Position numbers and translations under genes: made by a program
NCBI GenBank assembly: GCA_963745035.1
Contig: CAVUVW010000013.1
Span: forward strand, 160,001 to 224,000
Reading direction: 5' to 3'
Source of the DNA: an uncultured delta proteobacterium
GTDB taxonomy: Bacteria; Desulfobacterota; Binatia; UBA9968
DNA: 64,000 nt
Shown: piece by piece, positions 10,343 to 18,662 of the stretch
How positions within the stretch are numbered: position 1 is the first letter of the stretch
Layout: every line of letters starts with the position of its first letter
Notes under the pieces: model-generated
Told to the model about the DNA's origin: nothing
Database searches by the model: none
Seen by the model: the letters and a program-made list of their open reading frames with translations, nothing else

Positions 10343-11412
10343 TTACGGCGAATACAACTTGTCGCCGCGCTTGGTCATGAACAGGTCGAGCGGCAATTCC
10401 GCGCCTAGATCCTTTCTCCTTGGCCTTTTCGTACATTTTTCGCGCCGTGGCCGCGAACTGGATGCCCATGCCGGTGTTGTTTTTGAAAAACGTGACTTCC
10501 CGATCGTCCTTGCGGCTGCGGCAATTGCCGTTCACCAGATCGCCGAGCTCGTGCAGGTCTTCGGCTTTCACAAGACCGCGCTCGATGCGATCATGGAATT
10601 CGGCCTGTTTGTCGAGAAAGATCTGCGGCTTGTAGCCGACGACGATAAGGTTGGCCTTCATCACGGCTTCGTCATCCAATTCCTTGCGCGGGAGAAAGCC
10701 GTCGCCGCCGACGATGCTGTTCAGGTGCATGCCCGGCTGCACGAACTTACCCTGGATGACCGGATCAACCGTATTGGTCGCGGCGGTGACGATGTCGCTG
10801 TCGCGAATCGCCTCTTCCGCCGAATTGACCGGCAACCACCTCGATGCCGGTCTCCTCGCTCATTTGCTTGGCGAAGCGCTCGCGGTTCGCCTTTGTCGGA
10901 CTGTAGACTTTGACTTTGCTGAGCTGTCGAACGACAGCATGGGCGGTCAATTGCGTCTTGGCTTGTTCCCCGGAACCCAGGAGCGCCATGACTTTCGCGT
11001 CCTTGCGCGCGAGATACTTACTCGCCACCGCGCTGGTGGCGCCGACGCGCATGGTGGAAATAAAATGATCGTCCATCAGCGCGAGGATCTCGCAGGTGTC
11101 CATGTCGAAGAGCATGACAAGGCCGATGAAATCACCGGGGTAGACGCGCCGCTTGCTGCCGTCGACCTCGATCTGCTTGGAAAAGCTCGAATCGATGCGC
11201 AGCGCCATGGACTTGACGCCCGGCACAAGTCCCATGATGTTGTTGAAATAGTATTGCCCGCCTTCTTCCTTCCAGGGCGTTCGCAGACGCGCGCGCGGCG
11301 CGTTCATCGCCTTGCCCTGGCCGAGCTCGCGGAACGCCGACTCGATGGCGTCGATCTCTTCGGCCATCGGCAACAAGTTTTCCATCTGATCGTTTTTCAG
11401 AACCAAAACCAT
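10343..11412 (-). CDS. Ornithine cyclodeaminase/mu-crystallin family protein; frameshifts near 10835 and 10410
   Basis: MRVGATSAVASKYLAR; LLGSGEQAKTQ; SDIVTAATN; TFFKNNTGMGIQFAA. Confidence 0.87.
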
Positions 11413-11574
11413 GGTGTCTTCTCCGTTCCTAACGACTGGCCTACAACAGAGCCGGCCGACGGGTCAAGGCGAGCGCCCCAATGAAGAGGTTTTGTGTGGG
11501 TGATGAGCTTTATCGAATTCTGTGCCGTTTCGAATGAAAGTGAACTAGGAGCATGACGGTCTGTTTGTCCAAAT

Positions 11575-11608
11575 AAAAAAGGGCTGAGGATGTCCTCAGC
11601 CCTTTTTT
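11575..11608. terminator. Intrinsic terminator, potentially bidirectional, downstream of the ferredoxin
   Basis: AAAAAA-GGGCTGAGGA-TG-TCCTCAGCCC-TTTTTT perfect hairpin with U-tracts on both strands. Confidence 0.85.
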
Positions 11609-11629
11609 GGCCTGCGATGCGGTCTGCGA

Positions 11630-11902
11630 TTAGCCTTTCTTTTTCTTGAACCAGTCGGCGTCGATCTGAATGAACTGTTTCCACTTGTCCGGAGTAGCCG
11701 CCTCCTCAAAGATCGCTTCGACGGGGCAGACCGGCTCGCAAGCCCCACAGTCGATGCACTCCTCAGGATCGATGTAGAGCTTTTTTTCTTTTTCGAATTC
11801 TTCGGTCTCGTTTTTGGTCGGGTGGATGCAATCGACCGGACAGACGTCAACGCACGCGGTATCCTTCACGTCAATGCAGGGTTCAGCAATGATGTAAGTC
11901 AT
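11630..11902 (-). CDS. fdxA: 7Fe-type ([3Fe-4S][4Fe-4S]) ferredoxin
   Basis: MTYIIAEPCIDVKDTACVDVCPVDCIH..LYIDPEECIDCGACEPVCPVEAIF; RBS GAGGAGG. Confidence 0.92.
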   Translation of the reverse strand: MTYIIAEPCIDVKDTACVDVCPVDCIHPTKNETEEFEKEKKLYIDPEECIDCGACEPVCPVEAIFEEAATPDKWKQFIQIDADWFKKKKG

Positions 11903-12037
11903 CTTAATCCTCCTCAGGAACCGGACTTCAAATCTAGTAGCAAATCGACTTCGGCAAGTCAATTAAACGGCGGTGCGGCAATCGGAATTTCGTGTCGCGC
12001 ATTCGAAAGTGCGCGGCTGAAACGATATGATCCAGCC

Positions 12038-12487
12038 ATGTCCGTGGAAGTCGCGCGCCGGGGCGCCGGCAAGAGGGTTCCGACTCGACCGCTCAAGAAA
12101 ATTGCTCAGGCAATACTTGACTCGGTGGGACGGAAAGATGCCGAGTTGAGCCTGGCGCTGGTCGGCAATGCCGAGATGCGCCGGCTCAATGCTGCGTATC
12201 GCGAAAAGGACTATCCCACCGATGTATTGTCGTTTCCGATCGACGGCGCCCCGTCGGCGGCCGGCCGGCTGCTCGGGGATGTCGTTATTTCGGTCGACAA
12301 GGCGCGGGAGCAGGCAACGCAGCGCGGCCGCACCGAACACGAGGAAATCGTCACTTTGCTCATCCACGGCATCGTTCATTTGCTGGGCTATGACCACGAG
12401 CGCTCGGCCAAGGACGCGCGGGCGATGAAACGGTTAGAGAATAAAATCCGCCGCGCGCTTTGTGAGCGGGAGTTATTACAGGTATAA
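12038..12487 (+). CDS. ybeY: rRNA maturation endoribonuclease YbeY
   Basis: LNAAYREKDYPTDVLSF; LGDVVIS; HGIVHLLGYDH. Confidence 0.95.
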   Translation: MSVEVARRGAGKRVPTRPLKKIAQAILDSVGRKDAELSLALVGNAEMRRLNAAYREKDYPTDVLSFPIDGAPSAAGRLLGDVVISVDKAREQATQRGRTEHEEIVTLLIHGIVHLLGYDHERSAKDARAMKRLENKIRRALCERELLQV

Positions 12488-12554
12488 TTCCGAGCGGCCA
12501 TAGCGCCGATTCTGATTTCCCAAGGTTCGCGCAGCGGCGCGAGAAAGAGCATCG

Positions 12555-13659
12555 ATGTTGGAAGAAACCACGGAGCAACTTATCCATCTCGAAGAGCGGC
12601 TCGAGCTTTTGCGGAGGCGTCTTTGACGTTGACGGCAAGCAGAAGCGCATCGCGGAGCTGAGCCAACTCACCAGCCAGCCAGATTTTTGGAATGACGCCG
12701 AAAAGGCCCAGGGCATTCTGAGGGAGCAGTCCTCCCTCAAAAGCGTGATCGACGCCTGGGCGAAACATCAGGGCGATCTCGAAGAGGCGCGCTTTTTTCT
12801 CGATGTCCACAAGGAGGAAAAGAGCGAGGATGCGCTTAACGAGGCGGCGGCGAAAGTCGCCACGGTTGGCAACGAGATGGCGCAGACCGAGCTGACCCAA
12901 CTGCTCGGCGGGCCGGACGACCGGCGCAATGCCATTGTCACCCTCCATCCGGGCGCCGGCGGCACAGAGGCGCAGGACTGGGCGGAGATTCTTCTGCGCA
13001 TGTATCTTCGCTGGTGCGACCGGCGCGGCTACAAGAAAGAAATTCTCGATTATCAGCCGGGTGAAGAAGCCGGCGCGAAAAGCGTGACCTTCAATGTGGC
13101 GGGCGACTATGCCTACGGCTATCTCAAAGCCGAAGCGGGCATTCATCGGCTGGTGCGCATCTCTCCTTTCGACGCCAACTCACGGCGCCATACTTCGTTC
13201 GCATCGGTGTTCGTTTACCCGGAAGTGGACGACGACATCAAAGTCGAAATCAACGAAGCCGACCTGCGGGTCGATACCTATCGCTCCAGCGGCGCGGGCG
13301 GGCAGCATGTCAATAAAACAGATTCTGCGGTGCGGCTTACCCATCTTCCCACCAACATCGTTGTCGCCTGTCAAAACGAGCGTTCGCAGCATAAAAACCG
13401 CGCCATGGCGATGAAGATTTTGAAATCGCGCCTCTACGAGCTCGAGATCAAAAAGCAAAAAGAAAAAATGGAGAGCTACCACAAAACCAAGAAGGACATC
13501 GGTTTTGGCAGCCAGATCCGTTCCTACGTCCTCGCTCCCTACCGCATGGTCAAAGACCATCGCACCGATGTCGAGGTCGGCAATGCCGACGCGGTGCTCG
13601 ACGGCGACATCGATCAATTCATCGAAGCGTATCTGATGCAGGCCGACGAGCCCGCCTAA
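12555..13659 (+). CDS. prfB: Peptide chain release factor 2, with programmed +1 frameshift after codon 23
   Basis: ATG 12555 opens MLEETTEQLIHLEERLELLRRRL, then CTT-TGA-C at 12621-12627; the +1 frame carries the SPF and GGQ motifs. Confidence 0.96.
12613..12627 (+). promoter_or_regulatory. prfB autoregulatory frameshift signal
   Basis: Internal SD GGAGG, 3-nt spacer, slippery CTTTGAC. Confidence 0.93.
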
Positions 13660-13669
13660 TCGGCGGGAT

Positions 13670-14479
13670 TTAGCTCGCTCTGGCCTTGGACCGAGTCAGT
13701 TCCAGCAGCTCAGCCATCGGCATTTCCGAAGCCAAAATACAAATCACTTCACCTTCGCGGTGCAGCACCGCGTTGACCGGCCCGCGCGAGAAAGCGTAGA
13801 GGTTCATCTTTTTGGCCGGTTCAAAGAATTTAGCGGAGTTGGGTGGCGCATCGGCGTCCGACCCGACAAACGTGTAGCATAAAAGCGTACCGCCTTGGCC
13901 TTGGTAGATGACGACGAGGACTTTGCGGCCTTGAATTTCCCGCACCGTGCCGGCCACAGGCTGCAAATGCAGAGCGCGTAAGATCATAGCCCATCGGATG
14001 GAAGTGGCCGCTGACCTCGCGAACCAACCGTTCGACAATTTCATCCGGCTTTTCCGTGCCGGGCGCGGCAAGGTCATCCTTGGCAAGGATGATCATAGGC
14101 TTCCACCGCGGCAGCGGCGATAGGCTCGCTTTTTGGTTTGAGCAGGAGAAACGCCGGCAAGGCGAGAGCCAGTATGAGCGCGGCAGCAAGAGCCGGAGTG
14201 CGCAAAACCCGGCGTCAGCCAAGCGCGATCGCGCCGGCGAGGATGGGATTTCTCCGGGAAGACACGGTGGTCCGCGAGAATTCTATCCCGCAGCGCATGA
14301 GGCGCGCTCATGCGCTGCGCGCGCCCGCGAATCGCCTGTTTGAGAAACTGTTCTTGCTCCACGGCCAAGCGGCAGTCCGGACATTCCCGAAGATGAGATT
14401 CCAACGAAGTCCGCTCGGGATCGAGCAGCTCTCGATCGACCAGCGCCGTGATCAGGTCTTGCGCCTCGTCACAAGTCAT
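13670..14479 (-). CDS. Zinc-binding (zf-HC2) anti-sigma factor with probable TM and extracytoplasmic domain; several frameshifts
   Basis: MTCDEAQDLITALVDREL..HLRECPDC (HxxxCxxC); its ATG overlaps the sigma-factor stop; the remainder is spread over three frames. Confidence 0.8.
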
Positions 14480-15051
14480 TTTTTGGTCGCGCTCCTCGCC
14501 TCACTGCCGACGTAGATTTCAAGGTATTGCCGCATCAGTTTTCTGCCTCGCGAAAGCCGCGAGCGAACGGTGCCGATCGGACACGAGAGTATTGCCGCAA
14601 CTTCTTCGTAGGAGAAATCACCCATGTCGACCAAAATGATGGGCGCGCGAAACTCTTCGGGAATTTTTTGCAGCACAGTCGTGATTTGATCATCGAGTTC
14701 TTTCCGCAGCACGTTGCTCTCCGGCCCTGGGCGCAAATCCTGCAGGGGCTCCCGAAATTCGACCTCGCCCTCCGCCCCTTCCTCTGCCGAGGTCCAGCGT
14801 TTTCTTTGGCGATAATGATCAAAAAAGAAATTGTGCAGGATCTTGGTCAACCACGCTTTCAAATTGGTTCCGGGGTCGAACTGCTCGTGCGCCGCGAGAG
14901 CGCGAACAAACGTTTCTTGGACCAAATCCTCGGCGTCGGCTGGATCTCTCGCCAGATGAAATGCCACCCGGTACAAATGGTCGAGGTGAGTCATGGCCTC
15001 GTTTGCGACAGCATCGCGCCCGCCGCCTGCGGCTTTTCGCTCCCTGATCAC
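14476..15051 (-). CDS. ECF sigma factor (SigH/SigR-like)
   Basis: DAEDLVQETFVRA, FDPGTNLKAWLTKILHN; region 4 FSYEEVAAILSCPIGTVRSRLSRGR. Confidence 0.93.
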   Translation of the reverse strand: MIRERKAAGGGRDAVANEAMTHLDHLYRVAFHLARDPADAEDLVQETFVRALAAHEQFDPGTNLKAWLTKILHNFFFDHYRQRKRWTSAEEGAEGEVEFREPLQDLRPGPESNVLRKELDDQITTVLQKIPEEFRAPIILVDMGDFSYEEVAAILSCPIGTVRSRLSRGRKLMRQYLEIYVGSEARSATKK

Positions 15052-15094
15052 GGGCGGATATTAACGAATTGTGCCGTTTCTGTCTAAGTAGCAT

Positions 15095-15120
15095 AACGTT
15101 TTGCCGCATCTGCAAGTTCC
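15095..15120 (-). promoter_or_regulatory. ECF-type promoter for the sigma/anti-sigma operon
   Basis: Minus strand GGAAC-TTGCAGATGCGGCAAAA(17)-CGTT. Confidence 0.72.
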
Positions 15121-15163
15121 CGCCACCCCGCGGCGCAGTCAACGCAAGGCCTCACCGTCTCCC

Positions 15164-15189
15164 GGAACTTTTTACCATCCCGCGTCGTT
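15164..15189 (+). promoter_or_regulatory. ECF-type promoter for the redoxin gene
   Basis: GGAAC-TTTTTACCATCCCGCGT(17)-CGTT. Confidence 0.72.
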
Positions 15190-15233
15190 GGAAACTTAAA
15201 TGCTCTCAGGAGCATCCAAAGGACCATCCTGCC

Positions 15234-15755
15234 ATGAATACGATGAAAAAAATGCTCAGCGCGCTGGTGATCGTGACGTCAATGGGTGTCGCTCTTGCCG
15301 GGGCAGAAGTGGGCAAGCTCGCCCCGGAGATCAGCGGGCACAGCTGGCTCAACTCCAAGCCACTTAAGCTTGCGGAGTTGAAGGGTAAAGTTGTGCTAGT
15401 GGAGTTTTGGACCTTCGGTTGTTCTAACTGCCGCAACGTCGAGCCTTACGTCAAAACGTGGCATCAGAAGTACGCGGATAAAGGGCTGGTGATTATCGCC
15501 GTGCATGCGCCGGAGTTCAGCTACGAGCGGGTGCTCGCCAACGTGCAGCGCTATATTCGTGACCACGCCATTTCGTACCCCGTCGCTATCGACAACGATT
15601 TCACTACGTGGAAGCGCTACAACAACCGCTACTGGCCGGCCATGTATCTTATCGACAAGCGCGGAGTGATCCGCTATCTGCGCGTCGGTGAAGGCGGCTA
15701 TCGGCAGACCGAGCAGCAGATTGTCGAGTTGCTGGAAGAATCCTCGGGCGCGTAA
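15234..15755 (+). CDS. Exported redoxin/thioredoxin (DipZ/TlpA-like)
   Basis: Signal peptide; VVLVEFWTFGCSNC; VHAPEFSYER; NRYWPAMYLIDKRGVIRY. Confidence 0.9.
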   Translation: MNTMKKMLSALVIVTSMGVALAGAEVGKLAPEISGHSWLNSKPLKLAELKGKVVLVEFWTFGCSNCRNVEPYVKTWHQKYADKGLVIIAVHAPEFSYERVLANVQRYIRDHAISYPVAIDNDFTTWKRYNNRYWPAMYLIDKRGVIRYLRVGEGGYRQTEQQIVELLEESSGA

Positions 15756-15782
15756 GAGAACTCGTCTCGGCGCCGACTTCCG

Positions 15783-15807
15783 GGAACTTTTGGGCCCCAA
15801 ACGCGTT
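15783..15807 (+). promoter_or_regulatory. ECF-type promoter for the Met-rich peptide gene
   Basis: GGAAC-TTTTGGGCCCCAAACG(16)-CGTT. Confidence 0.65.
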
Positions 15808-15868
15808 GATAGCAGTAACGATTGCCGCAGATCACTTAAAATCCTCAAAAAGAAAATGGAGAATCGCC

Positions 15869-16120
15869 ATGAAAAACAAAACTTATCTGTGGATTCCCGC
15901 GTTGCTTGTCGGAAGCGCGCTCGTCATGCCGCCGGCCATGCCTGCCGCGGAAAAGGACATGATGAAAGACGAGAAAGGCATGATGGAAAAGGGGATGAAG
16001 GACGACAAGGGCATGATGAAAGAAGGCAAGGACGCGACGAAAGAGAAAATGAAAGGAGAGAAGTCGGGAAAGATGGGAATGTCGGACGACGACAAGATGA
16101 AAATGGACCAGAAGAAATAA
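15869..16120 (+). CDS. Secreted methionine-rich peptide (pentapeptide MXKDX-repeat-like)
   Basis: RBS GGAG; signal peptide; mature part AEKDMMKDEKGMMEKGMKDDKGMMKE.. has 12 Met in 57 aa. Confidence 0.85.
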   Translation: MKNKTYLWIPALLVGSALVMPPAMPAAEKDMMKDEKGMMEKGMKDDKGMMKEGKDATKEKMKGEKSGKMGMSDDDKMKMDQKK

Positions 16121-16260
16121 GCCTTCGGCCAGCGGGCGAGCCGAACCTCTTTCTGCCCGGCGACGCGCGCACGCGCGCGGGCGTCGATCCGCGGGTTGCA
16201 CGAACCCATTGAAGATGATTTTCTTTCCGGGCAGGTTGCGACCGCGCCCGGGAGGTTCCT

Positions 16261-17469
16261 ATGGACGAGGATCGAATCATCGGCGTCACAGGAAAAAGCG
16301 ATGATGGGAGCGCAACAAGTCGGGAAACGGCCGTGCTGCAACGTTACGCCAACGCTGCCGCGGAAGTCGAAGCTTGTCTCTGCTTGCCGATGAGCTACGA
16401 CCAGGCGCTTCTCAAAGTCATTCCCAAAGAGATCATCGAAAAAGATTACGGCTGCGGCGATCCCTCGCGCTACGTGCGTGCGGGCGAAACTGTACTCGAT
16501 CTCGGATCGGGCAGCGGCAAGGCGTGCTACATCATCGCGCAGATCGCCGGCGCTCAGGGCAAAGTGATCGGCGTCGACTTCAATCCGCCGATGCTCGATT
16601 TGGCGCGCAAGTATCAAAAGTCCATCGGCGATCAGCTCGGCTATCACAACGTCGAATTTCGCCGCGGCAAGATTCAAGATCTCAAAACCAATCTGGAACT
16701 AGCTCGATCACTATTTACAGCAAAATCCGGTGCGGTCAGTCGGCGATTTGGCGCCGTTTCGAAGAATTCGAAAACCGCATCCGGCGCGAGCAGCCTCTTG
16801 ATCCCCGACGAATCCATCGATGTGATCGTTTCCAACTGCGTGCTCAATCTCGTTCGACCGGAAGACAAGAAACAGTTGTTTGCCGAGATGTACCGCGTGC
16901 TCAGGCGCGGCGGTCGCGTGGCGATCTCCGACATCGTCAGCGACGAGCCGGTGCCGGAGCATTTGGCGAAAGATCCAAATCTCTGGAGCGCCTGCGTGTC
17001 AGGCGCTTTCCAAGAGGAAGAATTTCTCCGCGCCTTCGAAGAAGCCAAGTTCCACGGTATCCGCATCGAGGAGTTGAGCACCGAACCTTATCGGATCGTC
17101 GAAGGCATCGAGTTTCGCGCGATCACGGTGACCGCCCACAAGGGTAAGGAAGGTCCGTGCATCGAGCGCAACCAGGCGGTCGTCTATCGCGGTCCGTGGA
17201 AGCAGGTTGTCGACGATGACGGCCACACGCTGGAGCGCGGCGCGCGCACGGCGGTTTGCGACAAGACGTTTACGCTCTATTCTCAGCCACCCTATGCCGG
17301 CCAGTTCATCCTCGTCCCGCCGCGCCAGGAAGTCGCCTTGGAAAGCGCCGGGGTGTTCGACTGCGCGCGCGATCACAGGCGCTCACCGCGCGAGACCAAG
17401 GGAGCGGAGTTTAAGGTCACGGCGTTATCGAGCAGTGTTTGCGGCCCGGGGTCGAGTTGCTGCGCGTAG
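16261..17469 (+). CDS. ArsM-like SAM-dependent methyltransferase (compensating frameshifts around 16700-16795)
   Basis: YGCGDP, VLDLGSGSG, VIVSNCVLNL, WSACVSGA; Cys-rich tail VCGPGSSCCA. Confidence 0.85.
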   Translation: MDEDRIIGVTGKSDDGSATSRETAVLQRYANAAAEVEACLCLPMSYDQALLKVIPKEIIEKDYGCGDPSRYVRAGETVLDLGSGSGKACYIIAQIAGAQGKVIGVDFNPPMLDLARKYQKSIGDQLGYHNVEFRRGKIQDLKTNLELARSLFTAKSGAVSRRFGAVSKNSKTASGASSLLIPDESIDVIVSNCVLNLVRPEDKKQLFAEMYRVLRRGGRVAISDIVSDEPVPEHLAKDPNLWSACVSGAFQEEEFLRAFEEAKFHGIRIEELSTEPYRIVEGIEFRAITVTAHKGKEGPCIERNQAVVYRGPWKQVVDDDGHTLERGARTAVCDKTFTLYSQPPYAGQFILVPPRQEVALESAGVFDCARDHRRSPRETKGAEFKVTALSSSVCGPGSSCCA

Positions 17470-17529
17470 AGCAAGTCAAGAATCGAAGGTCGAAGGTAGA
17501 GCATCGCGGATTCGAACGAGAAAGTTTCC

Positions 17530-18485
17530 GTGGAACCGTTTGCTGAAAAACTTCGTCGGGCGGGCGGCGATCTTACGCGGCGTGGAGTCGATGTGCTGCA
17601 GGTGAATCTCGGGCGCTACTGCAATCTCGCCTGCATTCACTGCCACGTCGAGTCGGGGCCGACGCGCAAGGAGATGATGAGCCGGGAGAACGTGGACGCA
17701 GTGCTGCGCTTTCTCGCGCGCAGCGGCATTCCGACTCTGGACATCACCGGCGGCGCGCCTGAGCTTCACCCTGATTTTGCGCGTTTGGTCTCGGCCGCGC
17801 GCAAGCTCGGACGCCACGTGATGGACCGCTGCAACTTGACGGTGATCTTTGAGCCGGCATGGAATATTTGCCGGAGTTTTTCAGAGAACACGATGTCGAA
17901 TTGGTTTGTTCGCTGCCGTGTTATTCCGAAGAGAACGTCGATAAACAGCGCGGCAAGGGCACTTTCGATGCGAGCATCCGCGCCCTGCAACTCCTCAACG
18001 AGCAGGGTTACGGCCATCCGGACACGGGGTTAACGCTCAATCTCGTTTATAACCCGGTCGGACCGCACCTGCCGCCGCCGCAAGAAAAGCTCGAGCAAGA
18101 TTACCGAAGAATACTTGCCGAGCAATTCGGCATCTTTTTCAACCGGCTTTTTTGCCTCAGCAATATGCCGATCACCCGCTACGCCACCCATCTCAAGCTG
18201 CGCGGCGAGTACGAGCGCTACCGAGAATTGTTGGCCGAAAATTTCAATGCCGCGACTTTGGATCAGGTGATGTGCCGCAACCTCATCAGCATCGGCTGGG
18301 ACGGCTCGGTTTATGACTGCGACTTCAACCAGATGCTCGATCTGCCGCTGGCGGACGGCGCCGGCAGACTCACCATCGGCGCGCTGGCGCTCGACCAACT
18401 CGCCGGCCGGCCGATCACCGTCGGCGACCATTGCTACGCCTGCACCGCCGGCGCCGGCAGCAGCTGCGGCGGCGCGCTGGTCTAG
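17530..18485 (+). CDS. arsS: Arsenosugar-biosynthesis radical SAM protein ArsS (DUF3641); frameshift near 17858
   Basis: LQVNLGRYCNLACIHCHVESGP; DITGGAPEL; YDCDFNQML; HCYACTAGAGSSCGGAL. Confidence 0.88.
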
Positions 18486-18662
18486 CCGAGCGATCGAGGA
18501 TCTTAGGCGGGCCGGCGGTATTTGAGTGAGTTTCTATCTGGCGCAATGATGATCCGGGAACGCCGGAGATCGGCTCTGCTCTCGGTTGCCGCCGCTTCGT
18601 TGGATCCTCCCGGCATCGAGCCCTGTCCACGGCTAATCGAACATCCACGCCAGGCAAACTGC

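Noticed and set aside
17532-17557. Fourth ECF promoter-like match GGAAC-N17-CGTC
   Set aside because: It lies inside the start of the arsS coding region and has a mismatched -10 box, so it is probably a chance match.
18440-18485. Possible selenocysteine in the ArsS C-terminal GSSxGG motif
   Set aside because: The codon is TGC (Cys) here, with no in-frame TGA.
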